Assembly: GCA_033723415.1 (NCBI GenBank) | Contig: JAWVXD010000004.1 | Span: 199,028 to 263,027, forward strand | Origin: Sulfurospirillaceae bacterium | Lineage (GTDB): Bacteria; Campylobacterota; Campylobacteria; Campylobacterales; Sulfurospirillaceae | Reading direction: 5' to 3' | DNA length: 64,000 nucleotides | Part shown: positions 63,668 through 64,000 of the stretch, piece after piece | How positions within the stretch are numbered: position 1 is the stretch's first letter | Layout of the letters: every line of letters starts with the position of its first letter | The notes under the pieces: model-generated | Database searches by the model: none | Told to the model about the DNA's origin: nothing | What the model saw: only the letters and a program-made list of their open reading frames with translations | Translations under genes and position numbers: made by a program

Positions 63668-63682
63668 TGCGACTTAGTCGCA
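63668..63682. promoter_or_regulatory. Perfect 7-1-7 palindrome upstream of znuA (candidate Zur/Fur-family operator)
   Basis: TGCGACT-T-AGTCGCA, 17 nt upstream of a minus-strand TATAAT (63645-50). Confidence 0.65.
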
Positions 63683-63874
63683 CTAATGCTCACTACTTCA
63701 AATTTCGACAAGAGGAATCAATACGTGACAGTATAAACAGATGCCCTGAGATAGGAGTACACAATGTGTAATAAATCAATTAATTGATGTATGAAGTATT
63801 TAATAATATAAAATGTGCTGTATAAAGGAAAAACTAGGATAATGATAAGAGGGATTTGAGAAAGAAGAACAAGA

Positions 63875-63991
63875 ATCCGGCAGCGACCTACATTCCCACA
63901 ACAGTAAGCTGCAGTATTATCGGCGATGGGTTGCTTAGCTTCCAGGTTCGAAATGGGACTGGGCGTTTCCAACTCTCTATAGCCACCGGAA
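63875..63991 (-). rRNA. rrf: 5S ribosomal RNA
   Basis: Minus strand TCCGGTGGCTATAGAGAG...CCCATTTCGAAC...CGCCGATAATACT...GGAATGTAGGTCGCTGCCGGA with paired terminal helix. Confidence 0.95.
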
Positions 63992-64000
63992 ATCTTGAAG

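Noticed and set aside
63750..63790. AGGAG + MCNKSIN* micro-ORF with a TACACA-A-TGTGTA palindrome, loosely similar to the micro-ORF at 11598
   Set aside because: Too short and AT-rich to distinguish from chance
63718..63972. 84-aa minus-strand ORF
   Set aside because: Overlaps the 5S rRNA; spurious

Overview
AT-rich bacterial chromosomal window from a Campylobacterota member (Sulfurospirillum-like, inferred from gene content, C. jejuni-like synteny and promoter motifs). It is mostly housekeeping genes: moaD/moaE, mqnA, gdhA, upp, malic enzyme, gltX, accBC, dcd, topA, gltA, eno, recA, mqnD, fliQ, murB, tsaD, moaC, pldA, mobA, leuC, cdsA, dxr, uraA, znuABC and a 5S rRNA at the right end. The main accessory region is a ~16 kb flagellin O-glycosylation island (11.6-27.9 kb). 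In it, pseB has collapsed to a 34-codon in-frame deletion scar behind an intact sigma54 promoter, while pseC and pseF are kept. A sigma28-type promoter then precedes an unusual cassette: short NeuB, PseG-like, methyltransferase, ThDP enzyme, SDR, ATP-grasp ligase and GH57/deacetylase-fold protein, with no PseH. UDP-glucuronate epimerase, ugd, a Maf transferase and a sigma28/CsrA-type flagellin follow. Other notable items: an internally deleted bioB remnant after topA; a two-component islet with an 11-bp tandem operator upstream of a secreted Gly/Asp-rich protein and a TSP3-repeat lipoprotein; a 7-1-7 palindrome upstream of znuABC; and several candidate structured RNAs. No CRISPR array, tRNA, IS element or prophage was seen. 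Functional calls come from motif recognition and remembered synteny, not database searches.
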